A stretch of DNA of 64,000 bases from an uncultured Gammaproteobacteria bacterium (GCA_964613815.1 CAZTKG010000001.1:72895-136894), one strand, 5' to 3'; shown: positions 18,411-27,736, counted from the stretch's first letter. The notes: a model not told the origin generated them from the letters alone. A program made the numbers and translations.

Positions 18411-19682
18411 ATGGCTAGAAAAGAGATGGAAGAAGTTACATTCGACAGCCTGGGGCTTAGCTCCGGGCTTTTAAAGCGGGTTGCTGAACTTGGCTTTAAG
18501 CACCCTACGCCTATTCAGGCGAAGGCTATTCCTGTTGCGAATAAAGGAGAAGACGTTGTTGGGATTGCGCAGACTGGAAGTGGTAAAACGCTAAGTTTTA
18601 GCTTGCCAATGCTTCAGCATGTTTCGAAGACTGGGAAGATTGGGCTTGTGCTCCTCCCTACTCGAGAGCTTGCGGTTCAGGTTCAGGAAACGCTTGAGAA
18701 GGTTGCTGGGTATGCAGGGCTTAAAACAGCGCTTGTTATTGGAGGGGCGAACCCGCGGCCTCAGATTCGTAAGTTGAAGGCTCGTCCGCATATTATTGTT
18801 GCGACTCCTGGGCGGCTTATCGATCATGTTGAGCAGAAGAACGTGAATTTAGGTCATGTTGGTATTTTGGTTTTGGATGAGGCAGATCGGATGCTTGATA
18901 TGGGATTTGCGCCTCAGTTGAAGAAAATTTTGTCATTTATTCCTGACGATCGTCAGACGATGCTTTTTAGTGCGACGATGCCGGATGAGATTGCATCGAT
19001 TGCGCGTAATTACATGAAGGCGCCTGTGCGTATTGAGGTTGCTCGGCCTGGGACAGTTGCGGATAAGATTGATCAGGAGATTATTTTGATCGATCATGGG
19101 GGTAAGATGGATTTACTTGTGAAGATTTTGAAGGAGACTGAGGGGTCTGCGCTTGTGTTTAGTCGAACGAAGCATGGGGCGAAGAAGATTGCGTTTAAGC
19201 TTCGAAAGGCTCGAATTTCTTCCGATGAATTACACTCTAATCGGTCACAGAACCAGCGTCAGAAGGCGTTGAAGGCGTTTGCTTCTCAGAGAGTACGCGT
19301 GCTTGTTGCGACTGATATTGCTGCGCGTGGAATTGATGTGGATCATATTAAGCTTGTGGTGAACTTTGACTTGCCGGATCAGCTTGAGGATTATGTTCAT
19401 CGAATTGGACGAACGGGACGTGCTGGACGGTCTGGAAAGGCAATTAGTTTTGCGTGTCCGGATGAGAAGGGTGATGTGGCGGCGATTCAGAAGCTTATTA
19501 AGAAGACGCTTGCGATCAAATCTCCGTCTGGTGATGAGTTGCCAGAGATTACGAGTAGAGATCATCCTCGACGGAAGAAGAAGCAAGGTGGTGGAGGTCG
19601 AGGCCGCGGCGGACGTGGAGGGTCTCGTGGTGGAGGAGGTGGAGGAATTCGTGGGAAGCGGACGTATCGGCGGCGAAGTTAA
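18411..19682 (+). CDS. DEAD-box ATP-dependent RNA helicase with C-terminal RGG-rich tail
   Basis: Q-motif, GSGKT, DEAD, SAT and HRIGRTGRAG motifs. C-terminal GGGRGRGGRGGSRGGGGGG tail. Confidence 0.9.
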   Translation: MARKEMEEVTFDSLGLSSGLLKRVAELGFKHPTPIQAKAIPVANKGEDVVGIAQTGSGKTLSFSLPMLQHVSKTGKIGLVLLPTRELAVQVQETLEKVAGYAGLKTALVIGGANPRPQIRKLKARPHIIVATPGRLIDHVEQKNVNLGHVGILVLDEADRMLDMGFAPQLKKILSFIPDDRQTMLFSATMPDEIASIARNYMKAPVRIEVARPGTVADKIDQEIILIDHGGKMDLLVKILKETEGSALVFSRTKHGAKKIAFKLRKARISSDELHSNRSQNQRQKALKAFASQRVRVLVATDIAARGIDVDHIKLVVNFDLPDQLEDYVHRIGRTGRAGRSGKAISFACPDEKGDVAAIQKLIKKTLAIKSPSGDELPEITSRDHPRRKKKQGGGGRGRGGRGGSRGGGGGGIRGKRTYRRRS

Positions 19683-19687
19683 AAATA

Positions 19688-19708
19688 GGCTCAATGCCTA
19701 TTTTTTGT
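19688..19708. terminator. Bidirectional terminator between the helicase (+) and HIT (-) genes
   Basis: ATAGGC-tcaat-GCCTAT hairpin flanked by A5 and T6. Confidence 0.6.
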
Positions 19709-20182
19709 TTTATATTTTTTTTTGAACCATTCTCGCAGATCTGTAGCTGGTTGTTTTCTGATTTCTGGATCGGATTTTTGAGCTTTGTCATGTTCGAGGT
19801 TCCATTGGTCTTCGTCGAATCTTGGGATGACGTGCATGTGATAATGGAAGGCGTGCTGGGAGCTTGCAGGTTCGTTGTTTTGCATGATCGTGACGCCGTC
19901 GCAGTTGCGGACTTCTTTGAGGGCGAGCGCGGTCTGCTTGGCGATGTCGAATACGTGATGGCCTAGTTCTTCTGGGAGGTCGTAGATGCATTCGTAGTGT
20001 TTGCGCGGGACGATGAGGGGGTGGTTTTCGTTGCCTTTGATTTTTTTGGAGCTGATGAAGCCGAGGACGAGGTCGTCGGCGTAGAAGAAGTCGTCTTGGA
20101 CGATCCAGGTGTCGTTGTTCTCGATACCTGCGATTGCTGGACAGATTGGGCAGATGTAGCCTTTGGGAGCGATTTGGTTCAT
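19691..20182 (-). CDS. HIT-family (histidine triad) nucleotide hydrolase
   Basis: HYHMHVIPR histidine triad and a CPICPAI zinc knuckle. Confidence 0.85.
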   Translation of the reverse strand: MNQIAPKGYICPICPAIAGIENNDTWIVQDDFFYADDLVLGFISSKKIKGNENHPLIVPRKHYECIYDLPEELGHHVFDIAKQTALALKEVRNCDGVTIMQNNEPASSQHAFHYHMHVIPRFDEDQWNLEHDKAQKSDPEIRKQPATDLREWFKKKYKTKNRH

Positions 20183-20571
20183 ATGCGATGATGGTATCAG
20201 GGTTGATGTTTGCTGTCATTTGTGATAAGTTCGAGGCGTTCTTTGGAGGTTCTTTGCGTCCTGATCGTATTGTTGTGAAATGGATTTCTGATATCCCACG
20301 GGGGAAGACACCGCTTTGTGGAGTGGTGCATGCGGGGCGGAGGGTTGGTCAGACGATCAATTATCGATACATGATCGGTGATGGCATCGCCGCGTTTCGA
20401 GAGGCGTATGATGACTTTGTTACGCATTTGAGGTCGTCGTATCCAAATGTTCGTATCGTAATTAGCGCGTCCATTCGACGTCACATGGAGAGTTTAGAGT
20501 AGCCGCGCAGAATGCGTGGTTTTTTGTCACTTATTTTCGTGTCATGTGGTAGGATTGGAGCAAATATTTCT

Positions 20572-21651
20572 ATGAAAACACAATACGTCATTGCGCTTTT
20601 TTCTACGATTTTGATCATTGTCGCTGGATCGATTATATATTTTGCTTTTTCTGATGAGAATTCTTCATCTGATCCCGATGTTTCATCTGATCCGACTCCT
20701 TCTGAGGTGTTGACTCCTGGGCCTGTGGACGAAGTTCGGTCTGATTGGCCTATTTATCTTACGAGCATGACGCATCTTGAGGGGAACTGGACAGATGCTG
20801 CTGAGAATAAGGATTATTTTGGAATTGTTGCGAGTAATATTCGTGCGCTTCTTGATACGGCTGAGGACTATGGCGCTGTTATGACGATTGAGAGCGAAAC
20901 TCCTTTTGCTATTGGATCTGATCGATTTGGTGATAATGTTTTGAAAGAAGTTGTGAGGCGTGGTCATGGAGTTGGAACGCATTGTGATGTTGCGCCAAGT
21001 GTTGATTTGCCCGACGCTCTTCTTGTGCAAGAGATGCGTGAAAAAAAAGAGGCTGTTGATGCGTTGGTTGGGAGTAGTCACAATTTAGGCTGTTCTGGTG
21101 CTGGGGGTCTTTCTGATTGGTATGCGGGGGCAACTGGTGTAGGATTTCAATATTTGGATGGAATTGTTGGGTTTCATCTACTTGCGCTAGAAATGCGTGA
21201 CCGAACGATGAATTGGACGAATGATGCAATTTTTGGCGGGTTGCTTCATGATGATCCCCTGCCCTTTGCGCAGCGGTACTACCCGTTTTTGATTAGTGAG
21301 CTTGGGTTTGTGGAGGATGCTCGTGGTGATTTGTTGATTTCATCTGGAACGGTTGCGCAGGTTGCGTCGCTTTCTGAGGTTTTGAGCGGTGATAATGATG
21401 TTTGTGAACGAAATTGTTCATTTGATCAAGCAGATACTGATGCTGCTGTTGCATTTGTTCGTGATTTTGCTGCTAAGCATGACGGATTGAGGCCTGCGAA
21501 ATTGGATTTTTACATTCCTCTTTCCACTGATTTGGATGGACTTGAGATATTTTTCGGAGCTTTGGAGGGCTTAGTTGACGAGGGATTAGTGATTTGGGCG
21601 AGTCAGAAAGAGGTTTATGAGGAAGCGGTGGCGTATTATGACAGCTTGTAG
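20572..21651 (+). CDS. Hypothetical secreted/membrane-anchored protein
   Basis: Signal anchor (VIALFSTILIIVAGSIIYFAF), then an acidic Ser/Asp-rich linker and a globular domain. No recognisable motif. Confidence 0.5.
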   Translation: MKTQYVIALFSTILIIVAGSIIYFAFSDENSSSDPDVSSDPTPSEVLTPGPVDEVRSDWPIYLTSMTHLEGNWTDAAENKDYFGIVASNIRALLDTAEDYGAVMTIESETPFAIGSDRFGDNVLKEVVRRGHGVGTHCDVAPSVDLPDALLVQEMREKKEAVDALVGSSHNLGCSGAGGLSDWYAGATGVGFQYLDGIVGFHLLALEMRDRTMNWTNDAIFGGLLHDDPLPFAQRYYPFLISELGFVEDARGDLLISSGTVAQVASLSEVLSGDNDVCERNCSFDQADTDAAVAFVRDFAAKHDGLRPAKLDFYIPLSTDLDGLEIFFGALEGLVDEGLVIWASQKEVYEEAVAYYDSL

Positions 21652-21992
21652 GCTTGATTTGTTGGAAGGTTCATGCTAGCGTTTTGGTGTTCTTTGGAGG
21701 CTTGAATGCCTGACCGTGTAGAAAAAATTGTCATTTATTACGAGGCGCATAGACTTCCGTGGCTTCCCGGCTCTGTTCGCGCGCATCTTCACGTTGGAGC
21801 GAAGGGGCGTTTAGTGGATTCGTCGAGGCGTGCTGATCGTGCGGCAACGTACGTGGACTTTGTCCGCTCTACTGAGACGTACGTCGCTTATTTCAAGAAG
21901 CAGTATCCTGATGCTGTCATCTCTTTTGCGCAGAGTTTTGAGAATCGAAAGGAAGGGCTTCGGAGGAAGGCTCTCGGTGGAGGGCATCGTCG

Positions 21993-23057
21993 CTAGGAAG
22001 CGGCGATTTTTTTGTATGCCTCTCGGAGATCGTTTGCACCCAGTGCTTCTTGGTGCCATGCGTAGGTAAATTCCATGTCATCTTCCCAATATTGAACGAG
22101 TTGTTTGTTTTTTACGGCTTCTCGGAGCTGATTCGTTGGCTGCCAATTGAGATTGAATTCCTCAAAAAATGGTTTGAATTGGTAGCACATTTGAGTCATC
22201 CACATGTGCTTTTGTTTTTCGAAGTTCCAGGATTTGCAGATTTGAAATTCTCTACTTGCAGATTTGAAGATGGTGTCTTTGATTTTGAGAAGCTCTTCGT
22301 CGTTTGATATATGCTTTCCGTCTACTTCGACATTGATGCGAGAGAGTTTTTCTATGAGGTTTTGTTTATAGTCCATGTGGCATCCGATGTAATGTGCATT
22401 AGAATCTAGATCTTTATAGGTCGCGTAGATCTTGATGGATGTGTATGGAAATGCTCTGTTTGGCCAAAGTTCGGTTGGATTTAGATTTTGGTATTCTCTG
22501 ACCCAAAATGTTTCTGATGTATTGATTGGATATGGACCGTATACATCGAAACTGAGGTCTGTTGCGAAATCGTTGTATAGCGCGTGGACGAGCATTCCGC
22601 AGCCGGCGGAGATTTTTGCTGCTGTTTTTGCTGTATCGGTTGTGGCGGGTTGGAGATGCTTGGTGAATTGTTGGGGATTTTGATATTTTTTGATGAGATT
22701 ATCAGCCCACCACGTTTCGTTTACTGCTCTTTGCTTGATAGCTGACACGAAGAAATTTGTGATCTTTACGACAATCTCTGGGTCGGTTTTTGCCTGCGAG
22801 AACATGTAGGCAAGGAGGAATACGTTGAATTTTAATGAGCTGTGGCCTGGGAGGGCGTGGATAATGTCTTGAATTGACTTGCCTGATTTTGTAAATGCGT
22901 CGATTGGCCCCATCAAAAATGAAACCCATTCTGGTACATAGTGTGGCATGAGCATAAAGCCATCAAACGGCAGATGTGTTGATGGGTCATGACTTGCTGA
23001 GAGTTTGTAGACGGCTTTGGCATAGCCGTCGATCCATGGTGGATATGTGGTTGGCAT
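21993..23057 (-). CDS. Hypothetical 354-aa protein, last gene of the phosphohistidine-domain operon
   Basis: Starts 1 nt after the stop of the swivel-domain gene on the same strand. Trp/Tyr-rich. No match to known PEP-binding TIM barrel or ATP-grasp motifs. Confidence 0.5.
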   Translation of the reverse strand: MPTTYPPWIDGYAKAVYKLSASHDPSTHLPFDGFMLMPHYVPEWVSFLMGPIDAFTKSGKSIQDIIHALPGHSSLKFNVFLLAYMFSQAKTDPEIVVKITNFFVSAIKQRAVNETWWADNLIKKYQNPQQFTKHLQPATTDTAKTAAKISAGCGMLVHALYNDFATDLSFDVYGPYPINTSETFWVREYQNLNPTELWPNRAFPYTSIKIYATYKDLDSNAHYIGCHMDYKQNLIEKLSRINVEVDGKHISNDEELLKIKDTIFKSASREFQICKSWNFEKQKHMWMTQMCYQFKPFFEEFNLNWQPTNQLREAVKNKQLVQYWEDDMEFTYAWHQEALGANDLREAYKKIAAS

Positions 23058-23058
23058 A

Positions 23059-23382
23059 TTAGGCGTCGAAGACTTCTCCAGTCGAACCGTTCACGCTGAT
23101 GATTTGATTGTTTCTGAGGGTGGTTGTTCCTGTTTTAGTGGCGACGATGCATGGAAGGCCCATTTCCCTGCTGACGATTGCTGCGTGGCTTGTGAGGCCG
23201 CCTGTGTCGCAGATGATTGCGGCTGCTTTGCCCATGACGACGATCATGGAGGGGTCTGTCATGGTTGTGACAAGGATGTCGCCTTCGTTGAATGTATCTG
23301 CGTTTTGCATGTCGGTGAGAATTTTTACCGGGCCTTTGGCTGTGCCGGCTCCGGCGGGGGTACCCGTTAAAATTGGATTCAT
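23059..23382 (-). CDS. Stand-alone PEP-utilising-enzyme mobile (phosphohistidine swivel) domain protein
   Basis: ILVTTMTDPSMIVVMGKAAAIICDTGGLTSHAAIVSREMGLPCIVATKTG is a near-consensus PEP-utilisers domain with the phospho-accepting His in GGLTSHAAI. Confidence 0.8.
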   Translation of the reverse strand: MNPILTGTPAGAGTAKGPVKILTDMQNADTFNEGDILVTTMTDPSMIVVMGKAAAIICDTGGLTSHAAIVSREMGLPCIVATKTGTTTLRNNQIISVNGSTGEVFDA

Positions 23383-23387
23383 AGTTT

Positions 23388-24242
23388 TCAGCTTGATGTA
23401 AGACGTTGTAACACGTTGTTGTCAATTTGATATGTTTTGTTGCGAAGGGTTACCTCTACGGTAGCGTTTCCTTGGTTGTCTGTGGTCACGCGACTTTCCC
23501 AATTGTCTAGTGTGCCAAGGCTTCCTCCGATTTGTTGGAGGGAGGTGATTGATTCTCCGGTTTCTGCATCAATCAAGACTCCAGATATGAGGAAGGGTTC
23601 GGTGATGGTTTTGTGTGTCGCATGCAAGAGATCGATGTTTGAGTCGGGTTTTAGTTTTTTTGCCATTTTTTCGTGACGCATTTCGAAGATTTGGGCAAAG
23701 TCGCTCGCTGCTTGGGCTGGTGAGTATGCCTTTGCGGTTGATGAGTTTGGATTTTCTAGCCAGTTTGTAATGACGCTTTCTTCTGCTTCTTCCGCGACGG
23801 TTTCTTGTTCATCTGATGAAAGTTGCTCCATGCTTCTGCCTGCTAAGACGTTGTCTCGTGATTCGGCGAAAGCTGCTGCATAGCTTGTGAGAAATTCTTT
23901 TGGAGGATCGCCGATGAGCTCGTATCGCATGCGTTCTGTTCTGATTTTGACCCCAGTATTTTCTTTTTCGTAGCCTTTTACGATGGTTTGGGCGGTTTCG
24001 GATGTTCGTGATGCGGGACTGACATATGTTTTGATGCCATCTGGCGCTGCCTTGATTGATTCACCAAAAGCCTTGGCATCTTTTTCGCCTTTTTTTGAAA
24101 TTGAGGATGTTGACATGCCGGTTCCTTCTTTATTTGCGACTTCCCCGCTCTGTTTTTGTGCGTGACGGATCCAGATGTTTCTGATTGTGACGTTTGTGCC
24201 GTTTTCTTTTTGTTCGATTTCTCTGTTTTTTGGTGTTTCCAT
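23388..24242 (-). CDS. Histidine phosphatase superfamily (PGAM-like) protein
   Basis: IWIRHAQK (RHG-type catalytic His motif) and VSPASRTSETAQ (matches the SPLxRAxQTA motif). Confidence 0.55.
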   Translation of the reverse strand: METPKNREIEQKENGTNVTIRNIWIRHAQKQSGEVANKEGTGMSTSSISKKGEKDAKAFGESIKAAPDGIKTYVSPASRTSETAQTIVKGYEKENTGVKIRTERMRYELIGDPPKEFLTSYAAAFAESRDNVLAGRSMEQLSSDEQETVAEEAEESVITNWLENPNSSTAKAYSPAQAASDFAQIFEMRHEKMAKKLKPDSNIDLLHATHKTITEPFLISGVLIDAETGESITSLQQIGGSLGTLDNWESRVTTDNQGNATVEVTLRNKTYQIDNNVLQRLTSS

Positions 24243-24251
24243 ATGGCAAAA

Positions 24252-24995
24252 CTATAGCATGCGCGCGGTGTTTTCTGCGATCATGTCGCCGACTTGAGTT
24301 CTGTTGAGGTTTAGCAGGAGTGCGCCAAATTTTGATTTATTTCCGAGTGATTCTGCGAGGGCCCTTATGTATGTGCCGGCTGTGACGGTTAGGGTGATGT
24401 TTGCGGTGATGAGTTGTTGTTTTTTGATTGCATTCCAGCTTTTGATGATTTCTGTTTGGCGGAAGTTTCCGTTGACGAGGTCGATGGTATTGATAATGGT
24501 TGGTCTAATTGTGTCGATGTTTACTGTTTTGATGATTGGGGTTGAGGCGGCTAAGACTGTCATTTGTTTGTTTGGGATGGTGATTTCATCGAGGCGGTCT
24601 TGCTGTACCCACCAATGAAGTGGTTTCCCTTTCACTTTGAAGGCTGAGTATGGAGGGAATGGGAGTGTGAAGGTTTTTTTGATTTTTGTTAGTGTTTTTT
24701 TGATGATTTCTGTGTTTGGCGCCCTTCCCTGTTTGATGATACCGAGGGCATCGTACGTATCAGAACTGAGCCCAAAGAGGAATTGAGCTTCGTAGGTTTT
24801 GTCTAGATTTTGATAGGTTTTTTGGCTGTATCGATTTTCTCCTGAGAGGATGATGAGTTGTCCTTCTGCCATGGGGTCTAGGCGGCCGGCGTAGACCATG
24901 GGGACATCGATTAGTGATGGATTGTTTCGTTTTAAGGCTTTGATACAGTCGAGTGGGGTCCAGCCTTTTGGTTTATAGACTTGATGAATTGGCAT
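24252..24995 (-). CDS. truB: tRNA pseudouridine(55) synthase TruB-like
   Basis: KPKGWTPLDCI ... VYAGRLDPMAEGQLII matches the TruB catalytic-Asp motif. Confidence 0.7.
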   Translation of the reverse strand: MPIHQVYKPKGWTPLDCIKALKRNNPSLIDVPMVYAGRLDPMAEGQLIILSGENRYSQKTYQNLDKTYEAQFLFGLSSDTYDALGIIKQGRAPNTEIIKKTLTKIKKTFTLPFPPYSAFKVKGKPLHWWVQQDRLDEITIPNKQMTVLAASTPIIKTVNIDTIRPTIINTIDLVNGNFRQTEIIKSWNAIKKQQLITANITLTVTAGTYIRALAESLGNKSKFGALLLNLNRTQVGDMIAENTARML

Positions 24996-25013
24996 AGTTT
25001 GGCTAGAATCGGC

Positions 25014-25958
25014 TTATATATGCCTAGACTAGCGAATAAATTGTCAAAAGAACAGTGTTTAGCTCTTGTGGAGGCTGAGAATTTTACACGTACGTCGATA
25101 AGTTTTTATCGGTACGTGCGTATTGATGATCCTGAGGCGCTTCGCGATGAGCTTTATCGAGAATGGTCTGAGCTTGGCGTGCTTGGGCGTATTTATGTTG
25201 CTTCTGAGGGGATTAATGCGCAACTGAGTGTGCCTTCGCATCATGTTGATCGGTTTCGTGCCGCGGTTGATGCTCGTGATGAATTCAGTGGCGTGTCGTT
25301 TAAGGTTGGGCTGAGTGAGCGCGGGGTTTCTTTTTGGAAGTTGACGATCAAAGCGCGTGATTACATCTTGGCGGACGGTCTTGATCAGGGTGAGTATGAT
25401 GTGACAAATGTGGGAACGCACTTGTCTGCTCGGGAGTTTAATGAGGCGATTGATGATGGTGCGGTTGTTGTTGATATGCGGAATGCGTATGAAAGTGAGA
25501 TTGGGCATTTTGAGGGGGCGATTTGCCCAGACGTGAAGACGTTTAAAGAAGAGCTGCCTGTTGTGCTTGAGGAGCTTCGTGGGCGTGAGGATGAGAAGGT
25601 GCTTTTGTACTGCACGGGCGGGATTCGTTGTGAGAAGACGAGTGCGTATTTGAAGCATCATGGGTTTCAAGATGTGAATCAGCTCCATGGTGGAATCATT
25701 GATTATAAACATCAGATTGATGCGCAGGGGCTTGAGACGAAATATAAAGGCGTGAATTTTGTGTTTGATGGGCGCGATCCGGAGGTACTTACGGATGATG
25801 TGCTTGGGAAGTGCTATCGATGCAAAAAACCGGCGAATGTGCCGGTTGATTGCGTTAATGTGGTTTGTAGTTTGATGTTTTTACAGTGCGGTGAGTGTGA
25901 AATTGTTTTTCGATCAACGTGTTCGAATGATTGTTCAGATATTATTTTTTCTTTTTAA
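25014..25958 (+). CDS. trhO: Rhodanese-domain tRNA uridine(34) hydroxylase TrhO (UPF0176/YceA family)
   Basis: Rhodanese active-site loop LYCTGGIRCEKTSAYL plus the N-terminal UPF0176 domain. Confidence 0.8.
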   Translation, partial: LYMPRLANKLSKEQCLALVEAENFTRTSISFYRYVRIDDPEALRDELYREWSELGVLGRIYVASEGINAQLSVPSHHVDRFRAAVDARDEFSGVSFKVGLSERGVSFWKLTIKARDYILADGLDQGEYDVTNVGTHLSAREFNEAIDDGAVVVDMRNAYESEIGHFEGAICPDVKTFKEELPVVLEELRGREDEKVLLYCTGGIRCEKTSAYLKHHGFQDVNQLHGGIIDYKHQIDAQGLETKYKGVNFVFDGRDPEVLTDDVLGKCYRCKKPANVPVDCVNVVCSLMFLQCGECEIVFRSTCSNDCSDIIFSF

Positions 25959-26340
25959 GGCTTATGGCAAGAATGTAGTAGAGCGCAAGCGGTGCTCCCC
26001 AATTTGCCCAGCGTTCAACAAAGTCCCAGAATGGGTCTGGGCCGATTGGCCATCTGATGAGTGCGGTGAATAATCCCCAGAGTGCCATCCATAGAAGGAT
26101 CTGCCTGTTTGGTTTGAACAGAATGATGAGTGCGAGTGCGATGTCGAGGATTCCGACGAAAAGCAAAATGGTAATCATGGTTTGCTCATCGGTTATGCCA
26201 AATGGAGTGAAATATTTGAACCACCCCTCCTTACCTTGAAGGGCGAAGACTCCGTGGCCAATGAATTCTCCAGCAACAGCGAGACGTAGGACCCACTCAG
26301 TTTTTTTGAGAGGATTCAATGAAAAAAAGTTTTTCAACAT
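25942..26340 (-). CDS. DoxX-family membrane protein
   Basis: 132 aa with 4 TM helices and a DoxX-like pattern (RLAVAGEFIGHG...). Confidence 0.55.
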   Translation of the reverse strand: MLKNFFSLNPLKKTEWVLRLAVAGEFIGHGVFALQGKEGWFKYFTPFGITDEQTMITILLFVGILDIALALIILFKPNRQILLWMALWGLFTALIRWPIGPDPFWDFVERWANWGAPLALYYILAISLKKKK

Positions 26341-26516
26341 ACAAAAAAGGTTATTTTCGATGGGTTAAGTATAGCAGATTTGTGTTTATGTTTCTGATTT
26401 ATGTTCGTGAGTTTAGTTTTGTGTATTTTTCCACATTATTTTGTTATTTATGTTGTATATTTATCGCTAACTTTAGTTTATTTTTGTAGATTTGTTAATG
26501 TTTTTACGGTAAAGAC

Positions 26517-26545
26517 TTGACAGAATTTGATGTGCGTGGTAGACT
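26517..26545 (+). promoter_or_regulatory. Strong sigma-70-like promoter at the left edge of GC-rich island 1
   Basis: TTGACA, 17-bp spacer, TAGACT, preceded by an AT-rich UP-like tract. It drives a 650-nt GC-rich leader and the DUF1874 gene. Confidence 0.5.
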
Positions 26546-26877
26546 GCTTTCTCGTGATGGGCAAGCGATAACATTCGCGCTCAAAAACGGAGGATTCATT
26601 CTTGAATATTGGCCTCGTAGTGTAGACGAACCCCAGCGTTTGCAGTGCGAGCCGAAATTCGAGAAGGAGGCTTTGCTAAATTCTTGATGGTTCTGCCCGA
26701 CGGGGCTAAACGCGCTAAGATGGATGTTCCCTTGTGCAATTAGGCGTGCAAGGTTGTGTACTGAAGTCGAAGCAGTCTTTATCACCCGCCTCGCTTGGCC
26801 ATATGGGGCCATGTCGACGATTGATCAACGTTATAGATTGTGTGCCGAGCGCTACTCGGATGTCACCTGGGGAAGCT

Positions 26878-27048
26878 ATGGAAAGCTTTGTGACAGAGAG
26901 CTACGGCGAAATTCGCCACGGTCGGGTGTGGTTTACCACGTCCCCTGCCGAGCTCAAACAGCGGCGTAAGCCGTCCACCCCTGCCGGAAAGAAGGTTGTT
27001 GTTACGCGACGCAACGGCCAAGAGATCCGGCGGGTCGTCAGCAGCTAG
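26878..27048 (+). CDS. Possible small ORF (56 aa) inside the GC-rich leader
   Basis: MESFVTESYGEIRHGRVWFTTSPAELKQRRKPSTPAGKKVVVTRRNGQEIRRVVSS. High GC3 like the DUF1874 gene, but the RBS is poor. Could equally be non-coding. Confidence 0.2.
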   Translation: MESFVTESYGEIRHGRVWFTTSPAELKQRRKPSTPAGKKVVVTRRNGQEIRRVVSS

Positions 27049-27205
27049 TCGCGACCTCTGGGCAAAGAGGGGTTCCAACTTACTACTGGGGTACCTCTTC
27101 TAGAGTAGATGATTTTGATCATCAGTTCTAGAAGCTTGATCATGAGAATGGTCGAGTGCATCACCTGGGGCCAGCAAGAGCCCTGTTTTTTTGTTGGAGA
27201 ATGAT

Positions 27206-27547
27206 ATGACTCGTTACTTTGGTTTCGCATTCAGCGCTTCCATGCTTCCCTCTGGCCTCGTCAACCTGCGCAAGCAGGACCTGACGGTCGAGCAGGTTCG
27301 GGAGATGATCCCGTCCTGTGAGATGTGCCTCAACCCGTTCCATCGGGCAACGGTCGACGCGGCTTGTTCGCGGTTCGACCTCCCGATCTCGATTCCTGAT
27401 CGCCCTGCGCGCATCAGCCTCGGCGTCGGCGACAGTGTCGTTGTCATGCAGGTCCGAGGCCTTCCGAGGCTGCAGGACCGCCGTGAGTACACGGACGAGG
27501 AGATCGAGAACGCCAACTTCTCCTTCATGGAGATCACTGTGGTTTAG
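27206..27547 (+). CDS. DUF1874-family protein (AcrIII-1/Crn2 cA4 ring-nuclease-like)
   Basis: 113 aa with RBS GGAGA 5 nt upstream. YFGFAFSASML N-terminus, FHRAT His region, RISLGVGDSVVVMQVRG, EEIENANFSFMEITV C-terminus. These align, from memory, with STIV B116 / SIRV1 gp29. About 58% GC versus 45% for the host. Confidence 0.6.
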   Translation: MTRYFGFAFSASMLPSGLVNLRKQDLTVEQVREMIPSCEMCLNPFHRATVDAACSRFDLPISIPDRPARISLGVGDSVVVMQVRGLPRLQDRREYTDEEIENANFSFMEITVV

Positions 27548-27588
27548 GCCACAAAGGATGTGGGGAGCCTTAGATTCGTCTGGGGACT

Positions 27589-27632
27589 CTTCCAAGGAGT
27601 GTTCTGCATTTCTTGGAAGAGTTTTTTGTTTA
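27589..27632 (+). terminator. Rho-independent terminator of the DUF1874 transcript
   Basis: CTTCCAAG-(14 nt)-CTTGGAAG followed by AGTTTTTTGTTTATTTG. Confidence 0.7.
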
Positions 27633-27736
27633 TTTGATTGATCTGGATAAGATTGCATTGCATAGTGATATACTAGGAATAAATCGAGATGCTGTTCGGT
27701 GCATCATATTTATCATGAGAGTGATGAGATTAACGT

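Noticed and set aside
20134-20502. 122-aa plus-strand ORF in the gap after the HIT gene
   Set aside because: Overlaps the HIT gene on the opposite strand for its first third. No RBS and no motif. Possibly a short real gene from an internal Met, but unsupported.
26552-27195. RNase P RNA, tmRNA or SRP RNA in the GC-rich leader, based on ACAGAGAGC and ACAGCGGCGUAAGCCG resembling RNase P CR-II/CR-V
   Set aside because: The spacing and the other conserved blocks (GGAAAGUCCGGGCUCC, AGGGUGAAANGGUGCGGUAAG) are absent. No T-arm-like element or tag ORF is present. It is left as an unassigned structured leader.
27161-27658. 165-aa minus-strand ORF antisense to the DUF1874 gene
   Set aside because: Shadow ORF in GC-rich DNA. 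The sense-strand product has an RBS, a terminator and recognisable family motifs.
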